In this document: positions 29,426 through 38,600 of the stretch, piece by piece
Layout: each line of letters starts with the position of its first letter
How positions within the stretch are numbered: position 1 is the first letter of the stretch
Virus record (IMG/VR): IMGVR_UViG_3300032244_000667
Location: 3,839 to 67,838 of that record
Direction: 5' to 3' (one strand)
DNA from: a virus
Taxonomy: Duplodnaviria; Caudoviricetes
DNA: 64,000 nucleotides
Position numbers and translations under genes: made by a program
Notes under the pieces: model-generated
The model's database searches: none
Told to the model about the DNA's origin: nothing
What the model saw: only the letters and a program-made list of their open reading frames with translations

Positions 29426-32400
29426 GTGGATCGTATCGTATTTCAAAATGGCAGAGCCATATCCAGCGCTTATCTGAACGAGGTCCAGAAGGGCCAAAAG
29501 TTCACCGGAGATACCCGCACTAATTACTACGCTGATCCGACTACCGGTAACGAGGCGGGCTGGGATATAGGTCAGCGTGACCGTATTAAGGACTGGGAGA
29601 TCGCTGATCCCCGTGTTGATAGAGAGTCCGCTTTGGGACGTAGCGCACACGATGGCATCGTGCTGGGTTGGAATGGTACAAGCGTGGTGGTTCCTGGTGT
29701 ACCCGCCACCCGTCCTTCCGGCTCCAGCGGAATCGGAGTCACGGTTGAGGCCGGCACGTTCATTAGCCGTAACGGTAACCAGGTATCTTGGTCACGCCAG
29801 CTCGTTCAGATTTTGGGCGGAGCCAATTCCGTCTCGTACTTATACGTGCTTGACAACGGCAGTAATCCGCTTGTGGTTTCGATGGGTAATTCACTGCCCA
29901 GTGTAACCTCCGCCCACGTCCCTCTGGCTCGAATCCGTCTCAACAGTACCGGGACAGCTTTGGCCACCGATCCGACCAGCGGAGAAGTGGTAGGTACCGG
30001 ATATATCGACCTCCGCCCCAACACATTTGTCGGAAATCTCAATTCATATCCCGCCGAGCTCACTAACACAACCATCAAATTGGCGGATTATACTGCCAAT
30101 GTCTGGGACCGGGTCATTGCCGACACCAGCAACGGGAGCATTATTGTCACCCTACCAGCATCACCTTCCGATTCCGACCGCATAGCAGTTGTTGATATTA
30201 GTGGGACGTTTGACCGGTTTCCACTAATCATCCGTCAAAACCCCACCAGCAATGAGTTTCTAAACAACTCCTCGGACGACTGGATCGTTAATATTCGCGA
30301 TGCCCACCTAGAGCTATTTTACCACGACGCTAGCAATCAGTGGAAATTTGAGGAGACCCCTGGGTCTGATTGCAGCCCGGTGCTGGGGGCATTCCTATCC
30401 TGTGGTGGCAGAGAGTTTATTGGAGATAGGTTAGCCACCGAGTGTCCTGACGGTGCCGCACTTCCTTCCCGTTATCCAGATCCCAGCCCTGGCACCTATG
30501 AGTTCGAGCCATCACCGTCTGACCCTGCTCTCGGCAAATGCTACAGGTCTTACAACAATCTCGTTGCGCTGTTCGCTAATGGAACCGGCGGACTAATCAG
30601 TGTAGCCAACGCCCCCCGTTGCGATCGTACCGGTACCTCCAGCTCCGTATCCACCACTCGCAATGTCATCTATGTTGACCCGAGTATCGGTGACGACTCG
30701 ATTGGTAACTCAGGAACCGACCCTAACCGCCCCTTCAGGACCCCTGAACGTGCCGTTGTCGAGGCAGTAAGGGAATCTCGCCGAGCCGGACAATCCAATG
30801 ACCGTTACGACCGGGTCATGCTCGAGCTCGCCCCGGGAGACTACTACATTGATAATAGTCCTGGGTCCTTGGCCACCCTATCCATTACAGAGGAGACCGG
30901 CCTAATCCAACGGACCGACACAACCTACACCGTGGGAAGCGTACAGGTCGGTGATCGAGTCACCAATCTAACTATCAACGTTGGTGATCCGGTATCCACT
31001 CAGCCCCCACGCCCCCTAAACCTCGGCCGTGTACTGTATTCCGAGTCGGGCGGCGTAGGAAACATAGCTCGGATCGAAAAGCAGTCCCCGTCCAGCTCGA
31101 ACTGGATCGTTAGCCTTGAGTATGTTAACGGAACCTTCAATATAAACGACGAGCTGTACTACGACAACCTTGCTGTTGTCAACCCGCAGACCGGAGGACT
31201 TATCGTCCCCCGGGGCATCTCCATCGACGGTACCGATCTGCGCAAGGTACGTCTCCGCCCCATGTATGTGCCCGAGCTGACCCCGGTCCAGAACGACCCT
31301 CAAATCAACCGGACCGCCATCCTGAAGGTAACTGGGGGCACCTATGTCTCACTGCTCACCTTCACCGATAACCCCCAATACGCCCGCAGCCACGCCACTG
31401 TGACGTCGGTGGTGTTCGCGTCACAAGCCGAAATCAATGGTGGTGGAACCGAAACCCCGTACTACAGCCGTCTCAACAACCTGTTCCGGGAGATCGATAA
31501 TTGGGGGTCTGAAGGACTCGAAGCTATCCCGGCTGAAACCGTTATCGTAGCTCCGATTACCACCACTAAAGCTAATCGGGCACAGGATATTGAGGAGAAC
31601 CAAACAGGACTTAGCGGTGGTGACAGCCGTACTAATGCTCCCATCTCCTACCCCGGAGCAACCCGTATCCGTGACACGGACGGTTCGATTGTCCCATTGC
31701 CGGACATCAACAGCACGAGATCTTCCTCTCCGTATGTGTTCAACTGTTCCGTCCGGTCGATCTTCGGCTTGAACGGTTTGTGGGCTGATGGCTCCCGTGT
31801 GGCCGGCTTCAAATCGATGGTAACAGCGAACTTCACCCAAGTCTCCTTGCAGACAGACCCGAACTGCTTCGCCCCTACCACATACTTCCAAGATCCTCCG
31901 ATTAGCAAAGAGTCTGGTACCGGCAAGCAATATAAAACCTGCAGCACCGACTTGTTCAAGTACCGTCACTTCGGTATGCGTGGTTCGAACGATGCCACCA
32001 TACAGGTTGTGTCGGTGTTTGTCATCGGCAACTCCGATCACTTTGTATCCGAGAGCGGCGCGGACCTGTCAATTACCAATTCCTGCTCGGATTTTGGCGA
32101 CATCTCGCTACGGGGTATCGGGTATAAAGGTAAGTCGTTCAGTCAGGACGAGGCTACCACCGCACCCGGGTACAGCGGCACCCGTATCACCCAAATCATT
32201 CCTCCCCTTCCCCTCTCCTACTCAACCCTATCTGACGGTCGCCCTGCCACCCTCGAGGACACAGAGATCAATACTGGCTTGACTGTAGATTACAACAAGA
32301 CTCTGGCCCATACTTACGTAAATCGTACTCCGGGTGGGGATGCTCCCAGCACCATGAGGATATATGTCCAGAACTCCAATATCGCATCGGTCTTATCGCT

Positions 32401-34612
32401 AGCCAATCCACCCTCCGCCTCCGACATTGCGTTCGGGCAGTTCTCTTACACCAACAAGGTCAGTGAGGGGGTGTGGGAGCTGGCCGGTGGCCCCAGCCGA
32501 GCCAATCGCAAACGGATTTACGTGAGTGGTTTTGACGAACTTGGCAACTCCATCCTGTATGCCGGCAATCTGACCCAACTCAATCCCAGCACGTCTCCAG
32601 GGTTCTCAGCTCTCGACGACCGGTCCAAGATCTTTGTATGGGACCCGGCTCCTCAGGACTATAGCGGTACTCCTGGGGGAGTAAACGACCTCCCCAACAC
32701 AATTGTAGGTCCGGGTGCATGGTATATCCCCGTCACGTACTCCGATATCCCAGAGGAAGAGACCGACCTGGACAATGACGGGTATCTCCTGAAGCGTTTT
32801 GACTATGCTGTCCGGTACAAGCTGCTCGGATCACCTTCTGGTTCCGAGCTAGTATACTCCTCTCTCGATTTTATATTCGATAAGTCTCCGGTAAAAATTA
32901 TCCGGGCCAATGACAAACGTAAGGCTGATGACCGCGTGTACCGCGTAGTCCTGGAAGGGTTTATTAAGGAGGTTCGTGGCATCCGCCGCCCGCAGCCTTA
33001 CTACATCATGGAGAAGCAGGCAGGTGTGGCAGGGTACCCCCTCAACTCCGGAACCGATCTCTTATCCGATCCGCTAACCATCACCCAAGTCCGGACATAC
33101 GACGAGGTATTCAGGCCCGGCAAGCTGGACGTGCAATTCCCCGGCCAGTACGTAACCTATCTCACCCAGGGTTCCAAGGCCCGCGAGGTCTTTACGGCCG
33201 ATCACTACCCTAGTCAGGACCGGGATTATCCCGAACTAACCGAGGACCCGGGTGACAGTTCTACTAAGGTGGCTCTAGAAGCTATGCGGGCCCGTTCTGG
33301 GGTGTGGTTCAGTATCGGTTCGAGCCCTCTCGGCCCATCGGTAACCCCGATCACGATCAAAACATCGTCTAGTGTCAGCACTCCAGGTATCCTTATCGGG
33401 CTTCGTCGTCCGAGTGTGATCCGGGCATCAAACCACACCTGGGAGTGGACCGGTTACCTCAACTACGACACCGCTTTCCCCACCTTCCAGGGCGACCCGC
33501 TCGAGCAGGACTTCGCCCTCGGCAAGATTATCGTTGAGGAAAGTGGCGGCAGGGTGTACGCCACCGGCATGAACGAGGAGGGCAGCTACTATCTGGGTAC
33601 TACCGTATTCGATCTGCGCTCCGGTGAGCAGTTTGCGATCCCACTGTCATCCGACAGCGATACCGCTAACGTCACCAACCAAGTACTGAATAACGTCATT
33701 GTCCGCACCACCTTGCTCATGCAGGATGGTTCCAGCCTCGTGATGGGTCGCGATACCACGCTGTTCTTCAGCAACGACACCGAGTTCAAGTCGTTGACTA
33801 CCGGTGACATCGTGGCTAGCCGCAATCCTCCTGCGGTTTATGCTACCAAGTCTCGTGCCGGACTGGTGCAACTGGCCGACAGCACGATGATCCGGGGTGC
33901 GAAGGGTACTTCGGCGACGGGCGTGAGCGACAAGGCGGTTGTCACCGCACTCGACCTGGCCAACGAGCTAGATGTCCGGTTCGAGAACAGTGTGGCGGGG
34001 GGTGATGGAATAACTGTCAGTACTCAGTCTTTAGAACTCCCTGGTGGAGACCCCAATGACCCGAACGACAACATAACCCAGTTCTCTATTGCTGCAGATC
34101 CTAGCTACGGTGGTTACACACCAATCGGTGGCATCATTATGTGGTCGGGATCTGTTGTCAACATCCCCACAGATAAGGGATGGTTCCTATGTAACGGTCA
34201 GAACGGTACACCGAATTTGGTCAACAGGTTTATTGTCGGGGCTGGAGGTGCTTACTCAGTTGGAGGCACTGGTGGGGCAGATTCTGTAACTCTCACCACT
34301 TCCCAAATCCCTTCCCACTCACACCCGGGGACCGCAGTAAGCAATGGAGCTCACATACACGATATTACTGATCCGGGCCATAACCACTCCTACGATAAGA
34401 TGACGGATCTTGCGGACAGAGCTGACCTGGACGATAACCAGTTCAGAACCGAAAACCGCTCAGCAACTACAGGGAACGCATTTACCGGGATCACCATCAA
34501 CTCCGCCGGAGCCCACACCCACAACGTGACCACCAATAACATCGGCGGCGGTGAAGCTCACGAAAACCGTCCACCCTACTACGCTCTAGCCTATATCATG
34601 CGGGTTTTCTGA
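29426..34612 (+). CDS. Long tail fibre (gp9/10-like repeat, pectin-lyase-like beta-helix, C-terminal collar domain)
   Basis: DTSNGSIIVTLPASPSDSDRIAVVD; YVDPSIGDD..PFRTPERAV; PIGGIIMWSG..GWFLCNGQNGTPNL..HENRPPYYALAYIM. Confidence 0.85.
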   Translation: MDRIVFQNGRAISSAYLNEVQKGQKFTGDTRTNYYADPTTGNEAGWDIGQRDRIKDWEIADPRVDRESALGRSAHDGIVLGWNGTSVVVPGVPATRPSGSSGIGVTVEAGTFISRNGNQVSWSRQLVQILGGANSVSYLYVLDNGSNPLVVSMGNSLPSVTSAHVPLARIRLNSTGTALATDPTSGEVVGTGYIDLRPNTFVGNLNSYPAELTNTTIKLADYTANVWDRVIADTSNGSIIVTLPASPSDSDRIAVVDISGTFDRFPLIIRQNPTSNEFLNNSSDDWIVNIRDAHLELFYHDASNQWKFEETPGSDCSPVLGAFLSCGGREFIGDRLATECPDGAALPSRYPDPSPGTYEFEPSPSDPALGKCYRSYNNLVALFANGTGGLISVANAPRCDRTGTSSSVSTTRNVIYVDPSIGDDSIGNSGTDPNRPFRTPERAVVEAVRESRRAGQSNDRYDRVMLELAPGDYYIDNSPGSLATLSITEETGLIQRTDTTYTVGSVQVGDRVTNLTINVGDPVSTQPPRPLNLGRVLYSESGGVGNIARIEKQSPSSSNWIVSLEYVNGTFNINDELYYDNLAVVNPQTGGLIVPRGISIDGTDLRKVRLRPMYVPELTPVQNDPQINRTAILKVTGGTYVSLLTFTDNPQYARSHATVTSVVFASQAEINGGGTETPYYSRLNNLFREIDNWGSEGLEAIPAETVIVAPITTTKANRAQDIEENQTGLSGGDSRTNAPISYPGATRIRDTDGSIVPLPDINSTRSSSPYVFNCSVRSIFGLNGLWADGSRVAGFKSMVTANFTQVSLQTDPNCFAPTTYFQDPPISKESGTGKQYKTCSTDLFKYRHFGMRGSNDATIQVVSVFVIGNSDHFVSESGADLSITNSCSDFGDISLRGIGYKGKSFSQDEATTAPGYSGTRITQIIPPLPLSYSTLSDGRPATLEDTEINTGLTVDYNKTLAHTYVNRTPGGDAPSTMRIYVQNSNIASVLSLANPPSASDIAFGQFSYTNKVSEGVWELAGGPSRANRKRIYVSGFDELGNSILYAGNLTQLNPSTSPGFSALDDRSKIFVWDPAPQDYSGTPGGVNDLPNTIVGPGAWYIPVTYSDIPEEETDLDNDGYLLKRFDYAVRYKLLGSPSGSELVYSSLDFIFDKSPVKIIRANDKRKADDRVYRVVLEGFIKEVRGIRRPQPYYIMEKQAGVAGYPLNSGTDLLSDPLTITQVRTYDEVFRPGKLDVQFPGQYVTYLTQGSKAREVFTADHYPSQDRDYPELTEDPGDSSTKVALEAMRARSGVWFSIGSSPLGPSVTPITIKTSSSVSTPGILIGLRRPSVIRASNHTWEWTGYLNYDTAFPTFQGDPLEQDFALGKIIVEESGGRVYATGMNEEGSYYLGTTVFDLRSGEQFAIPLSSDSDTANVTNQVLNNVIVRTTLLMQDGSSLVMGRDTTLFFSNDTEFKSLTTGDIVASRNPPAVYATKSRAGLVQLADSTMIRGAKGTSATGVSDKAVVTALDLANELDVRFENSVAGGDGITVSTQSLELPGGDPNDPNDNITQFSIAADPSYGGYTPIGGIIMWSGSVVNIPTDKGWFLCNGQNGTPNLVNRFIVGAGGAYSVGGTGGADSVTLTTSQIPSHSHPGTAVSNGAHIHDITDPGHNHSYDKMTDLADRADLDDNQFRTENRSATTGNAFTGITINSAGAHTHNVTTNNIGGGEAHENRPPYYALAYIMRVF

Positions 34613-34621
34613 CCACCTCCC

Positions 34622-34942
34622 ATGACTAACCTGCGACGTGCCCGCTCCCCCGCATGGTGGGGCCGCCTGACGACCCTAATACCACAGTTCGACCTGCCAG
34701 GCATCGAGCCGGAAGTGTGGACGGTCGAATTGGCGGAGAAATGGGTCCGCTCCGTGCCGGCCAAGTGCCCGTTCGAACGGGCGGTGTGGTGGCGAGGGGT
34801 GTTGGTGCTGTATATCCCGGCCCTGTGCTCGCTGAATCCGGTCTCGGCCCAGTTGTACCGAATCCGGATCGCGGCCCAACAGTACCTGTTGTCAACGGTT
34901 CCGGACACAACCGATACTGATAGGGGGGCAGTCCACCCATAA
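34622..34942 (+). CDS. Cyanobacterial Mo-dependent nitrogenase C-terminal-like domain protein (function unknown)
   Basis: VPAKCPFERAV..YIPALCSLNP..LYRIRIAAQQYL matches the IPAQCPFERDI..HIPPMCKLNP..LVGLRFRALCYL consensus as I recall it. Confidence 0.75.
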   Translation: MTNLRRARSPAWWGRLTTLIPQFDLPGIEPEVWTVELAEKWVRSVPAKCPFERAVWWRGVLVLYIPALCSLNPVSAQLYRIRIAAQQYLLSTVPDTTDTDRGAVHP

Positions 34943-34954
34943 CCCCCAGTTATC

Positions 34955-34963
34955 TGCTACATT
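34955..34963 (+). promoter_or_regulatory. Putative extended -10 promoter TGCTACATT
   Basis: TGnTAnnnT upstream of GTG 34998. Confidence 0.4.
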
Positions 34964-34997
34964 GGGTTAGCTGACCAGACCGGTCGGCCATATCCCA

Positions 34998-35960
34998 GTG
35001 AAAACACCAGTGGCAACAACTACAGCGTTTACAGTCAACACCATCAACGTGGGCACTAGCTCACCTGATCTCGCCCCCCTGGCGGGTCGCGAATACCCTG
35101 GCCAGTACGTATCCCTACCAAACGCAAACCTGCCTAAGGCAATGCGTCGGGACCTGGACAAGGTTTTTGTCTCCCTAACGGGTGAAGAGCTCCCCCTGGA
35201 GGAAAACACTTTCCTGATCAAGGCGGAAGACGGCGTATACAACCGCCTGTTTGGTCCCATCCTCAAGGTAGGTGTGGACGAAGTCGAAGGCACAGAGTCC
35301 GGCAAAGCCTACATCCAGTGGGGTAACCGGTATATCCCTGTGTCCCTCGGCAAATCGGGAGTCTCGGTCGATATCAACGGTCAAACCGTCTCCCTCGAGT
35401 CCGAGTTCGCTGAGTTCAACTTCAGCGGTCGTGGCAACGACATCGGTTTGATGATCTCGGTTGACGAAGAAGACGGATCGGGTCAGGTCGTACTGCCCAT
35501 CGCTGTCCGCTTCATTGACTGGGAGAATCCTCCCGAGATCAAGGCCCTCAACGCCATGTTGAAAAAGGGCAAGGACGCCGACATCCTCTCCCTGGTTCAG
35601 GAAGTAGCCGCTCGCGGAACCGGTCGCCAACGCGCCGACCACGAGATCGATTTTCGTGATCTGGATGAGGGCGAAAGCTTCACGGTGGTGAGCTATCGCG
35701 GGGTTGAAACCAAATACGGTCCGTCTTACCGGATCATTTTGGGTGATCACCCCGTGGCTGGCGAAACCTCCGAGTGCTGGGCTCATGCCTCCCTCCGCCC
35801 TCTGCTAGCTACTCAACCCGAGATCTCGGATGAGAAGCCAGCCACCATCCACATCAAGGAGAAGACTGTGGGTACTGACGGCAAGGTCCGGATTCGCTGC
35901 TCTATGATCCTGTCCCAACAGGAAGAAGTGGACGGCGACGCTCTGGATCTGAACTTCTGA
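34998..35960 (+). CDS. Putative single-stranded DNA-binding protein
   Basis: Acidic, beta-rich 320 aa protein with acidic tail ending in an aromatic residue (EEVDGDALDLNF); at the start of the DNA-metabolism block. Confidence 0.45.
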   Translation: MKTPVATTTAFTVNTINVGTSSPDLAPLAGREYPGQYVSLPNANLPKAMRRDLDKVFVSLTGEELPLEENTFLIKAEDGVYNRLFGPILKVGVDEVEGTESGKAYIQWGNRYIPVSLGKSGVSVDINGQTVSLESEFAEFNFSGRGNDIGLMISVDEEDGSGQVVLPIAVRFIDWENPPEIKALNAMLKKGKDADILSLVQEVAARGTGRQRADHEIDFRDLDEGESFTVVSYRGVETKYGPSYRIILGDHPVAGETSECWAHASLRPLLATQPEISDEKPATIHIKEKTVGTDGKVRIRCSMILSQQEEVDGDALDLNF

Positions 35961-35965
35961 TAGCT

Positions 35966-36000
35966 GGGCGGGGCGGGAGACTTCTCCTTCCCCGCCTTTC
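35966..36000 (+). terminator. GC-rich hairpin, possible terminator
   Basis: GGCGGG...CCCGCC stem followed by a short T run directly after the stop and just before a late motif; coordinates approximate. Confidence 0.4.
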
Positions 36001-36002
36001 TC

Positions 36003-36011
36003 GTTGAAAGC
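36003..36011 (+). promoter_or_regulatory. Putative late promoter element GTTGAAAGC
   Basis: Exact motif 30 nt upstream of ATG 36033. Confidence 0.8.
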
Positions 36012-36032
36012 TAAACAGACACGATAAACCCC

Positions 36033-36590
36033 ATGACCGATACCGCCTCTGTCCCATACGGCTGGACCTCTCCTGACCCGGACACAATCGCCTACGACTT
36101 TGGCGAAGCGAGATTCGGTAGGGCCCCCAATGACATCCCGGCCAACGATACCGGTACAGATGGGAAGAGCCAGGAAGACGAATACCATAGCGAATCCGTT
36201 CCCGCTGACAGCGATCGGGGTCCGGCCAAGGTAACGGCCGGAACCGGTAGTTATGGCGGCACCGAAGAGTACAAGCCGGAACGCGACTCAAAGGACACCG
36301 GGGACACAGGCTCAATCGACCTCCCTATCGGCCATGCAGTTATCGAGAACGGTATTGTGCAGGGGAGAAATTACTACCTGGTTTGGGACGTAAAAACCGA
36401 AAAGTTTTACGGGGTCATCCCCAACTACAAAGAGGGCAAGGAGTTCAGATCCCGGATGAAACCCCATCGAACTGACGTTCTGGGTGATGTTTACCAAGTC
36501 CTATCTGCTTCACTCCCCGACGACCTCTCCGGGCAACTCATGAAGAGGTTCCCTGAAACCGCCGCCCTTACCAACGTCTACGACCGATAA
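36033..36590 (+). CDS. Hypothetical late protein with N-terminal VPYGW tag
   Basis: 185 aa, acidic disordered N-half; late motif upstream. Confidence 0.65.
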   Translation: MTDTASVPYGWTSPDPDTIAYDFGEARFGRAPNDIPANDTGTDGKSQEDEYHSESVPADSDRGPAKVTAGTGSYGGTEEYKPERDSKDTGDTGSIDLPIGHAVIENGIVQGRNYYLVWDVKTEKFYGVIPNYKEGKEFRSRMKPHRTDVLGDVYQVLSASLPDDLSGQLMKRFPETAALTNVYDR

Positions 36591-36661
36591 GGACATCTTA
36601 ACCCCCACCCCACTACGGATCAAAATCCCCTATACTAGACTCCTACCTCACCCCTCCTCCC

Positions 36662-37672
36662 ATGTCGTCCCGATCACTGCTATCGCACCCGCCAATGGTC
36701 TACAAGAAGGCGGGAGGATTTGAGTACCCAGAATTTTTTGAATACTACCGTAAGGCGGTAGCGTCGGTTTGGCGCCCGGAAGAGGTGGCTATGGGGGCAG
36801 ATGTTACGGACTGGCAGCAAAACCTCACCGAAAGTGAGAAGCAGTTGATCGCTGGTGTGTTGAGGGGTTTCACTATTATGGAGATGGGCATCTCGGAGTA
36901 CTGGGGTGATGTGGTATGCCGGAAGTTCCCCAAACCCGAGATTTTGTCTATGGCCCGGGCGTTTAGCTTTTTCGAGCAGATCCACGCTCAGGCCTACAAC
37001 CACCTCTCCGATACCCTGGGGATCAACGAATCCGAAGCTTTCCTTTCCGATCCAGCCGCACAACAAAAGGTTGAGAAATTCTTCACTGAATGTAGCTCGG
37101 AGAAAGTATCATTGGCGGTGTTCAGCGGGGCTGGGGAGGGGGTAAGCCTGTTCGCGTCATTCGCACTACTGCTGGCGTTCAACAAAACTGGCCGGATGAA
37201 GGGATTGGCCCAGATTATCTCCTGGTCGGTTAGGGACGAACAAAATCACAGTGATGGTGGTTGCGAACTCTTCAGGCGGTTAGTAGAAGAGACCGGTATT
37301 GCTGACGAAGAGATTAAGGAAATTGGTGAAGGATTCAATACCGTAATCGAGAACGAATTCAGTTTCCTCGAGAATATTTTCGACAAGATTGATAACTCGA
37401 AGATCCCCATTCTCCTAGAAGACCTCAAAGCCTATATTAAACTCCGGGCCAATAATCGCTATAGCCGGCTTGACCTAGACCTATCCATCCCCATGAGCGA
37501 CCAGGAAAGAATTTCGGCGGCCAACATCTCTTCTTGGTTCGATCCGATGGTAAGGGGCCAAACCAACTCCGATGTCTTCTCCCAGGCAAAAGACGGATCT
37601 GTGTATGTAGCTAAACCCTCCCAAGATTGGATGTCAGTCGATTTATCCTCTCTGGACCTGGCCCTAGCATAA
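36662..37672 (+). CDS. nrdB: Ribonucleotide reductase class Ia beta subunit
   Basis: WRPEEV, EQIHAQAY and DEQNH di-iron ExxH ligands, EGVSLFASF. Confidence 0.95.
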   Translation: MSSRSLLSHPPMVYKKAGGFEYPEFFEYYRKAVASVWRPEEVAMGADVTDWQQNLTESEKQLIAGVLRGFTIMEMGISEYWGDVVCRKFPKPEILSMARAFSFFEQIHAQAYNHLSDTLGINESEAFLSDPAAQQKVEKFFTECSSEKVSLAVFSGAGEGVSLFASFALLLAFNKTGRMKGLAQIISWSVRDEQNHSDGGCELFRRLVEETGIADEEIKEIGEGFNTVIENEFSFLENIFDKIDNSKIPILLEDLKAYIKLRANNRYSRLDLDLSIPMSDQERISAANISSWFDPMVRGQTNSDVFSQAKDGSVYVAKPSQDWMSVDLSSLDLALA

Positions 37673-37683
37673 CCCTATCCACC

Positions 37684-37848
37684 ATGTACCCGTACCCTAA
37701 ACCGTATCTCCAAGAACCTAACGGCCCCTGGATTGTACAAACAGGGCGCGGAACACGAACCTTTAACGATCCTGAGCTCGCCTGGAGCGCCTACTACTTC
37801 TCCAAACTGCAATACGAAAAAGACCATGAAAACGATCAAGCAAGTTGA
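37684..37848 (+). CDS. Small hypothetical protein
   Basis: MYPYPKPYLQEPNGPW..., CCACCATG start context typical of this genome. Confidence 0.5.
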   Translation: MYPYPKPYLQEPNGPWIVQTGRGTRTFNDPELAWSAYYFSKLQYEKDHENDQAS

Positions 37849-37999
37849 TAAAGACACCCGGTACATGTACCGGGAGCACGGCACCGTTTGTCTCGTGACC
37901 GAGCCGGGCCGGTCGGATCGTCTCCTCGAGCTAGCCCACCAGCGCCGCGTCAACCAGGAACGGTACGTCCATTCGCCCCTCGACTCCTGGGATATCTGA
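37826..37999 (+). CDS. Small hypothetical protein
   Basis: MKTIKQVDKDTRYMY...; stop overlaps the next ATG (TGATG). Confidence 0.5.
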   Translation: MKTIKQVDKDTRYMYREHGTVCLVTEPGRSDRLLELAHQRRVNQERYVHSPLDSWDI

Positions 38000-38481
38000 T
38001 GGCCATGGATATCAACATTAATGTGCCGGATGGTTGGGGGGTCAACGACACCGAATCGTTTGAGGAGGTGCCCGACCTCGACCCCGCTGATGAGAAATCA
38101 GAGGTGTGGAAGAGGTGGAAAGACTCCCCGTACCAGGTGAGCGATATGGGCAGGGTACGCCGTATCTATGAAAACGGCGAGACCAAGTATCGTAAGCCCA
38201 GATCGGATGATAGGGGCAAGTACCGTATCAACCTCACCTGGACACGTAACGGCACTCCGTATCGCGAAGAGCCCTTCCAGCACCAAATGGTTATGGCCGT
38301 CTTTGGGCCCGAAAAACCAGCCGGTGAGCACATCGTTGTGTGCCACAAGAAGCCAACAGGGCCCGATGGCAAGCCCGACAACCGCCTATCCAACCTGTAC
38401 TGGTGCGATCGAAGCCGGAACGTCGAAGACGCATGGGACGACGGTCTGATGGACTCGGGGGCCGAATGGAAAGATGAATAA
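37999..38481 (+). CDS. NUMOD4-HNH homing endonuclease with N-terminal VPDGW extension
   Basis: EVWKRW..YQVSDMGRVR (NUMOD4); HQMVMAVF..VCH..DNRLSNLYW...N (HNH); free-standing between nrdB and nrdA. Confidence 0.85.
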   Translation: MAMDININVPDGWGVNDTESFEEVPDLDPADEKSEVWKRWKDSPYQVSDMGRVRRIYENGETKYRKPRSDDRGKYRINLTWTRNGTPYREEPFQHQMVMAVFGPEKPAGEHIVVCHKKPTGPDGKPDNRLSNLYWCDRSRNVEDAWDDGLMDSGAEWKDE

Positions 38482-38600
38482 TGTGCCCGATGAGCTATTA
38501 GCTCAGCCCCCTTAACAGTAAGCCGCTAACCCGTTCCCGCCCATCTCGACTCTAATGTCGGGATAAATTTTTGCAACCTTGAAACTCTCGTTAACTCCCC

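Noticed and set aside
34110-34200. IPTDKGW in the tail fibre as another copy of the PxGW tag
   Set aside because: It is the standard tail-collar domain motif, internal and with different spacing.
29426-34612. Diversity-generating retroelement acting on the tail fibre
   Set aside because: No reverse transcriptase and no template/variable repeat pair seen in the window.
38482-38600. tRNA or structured ncRNA in the longest intergenic gaps
   Set aside because: No cloverleaf, T-loop motif or CCA end recognised by eye; tRNAscan-SE or Infernal would be needed to exclude it fully.
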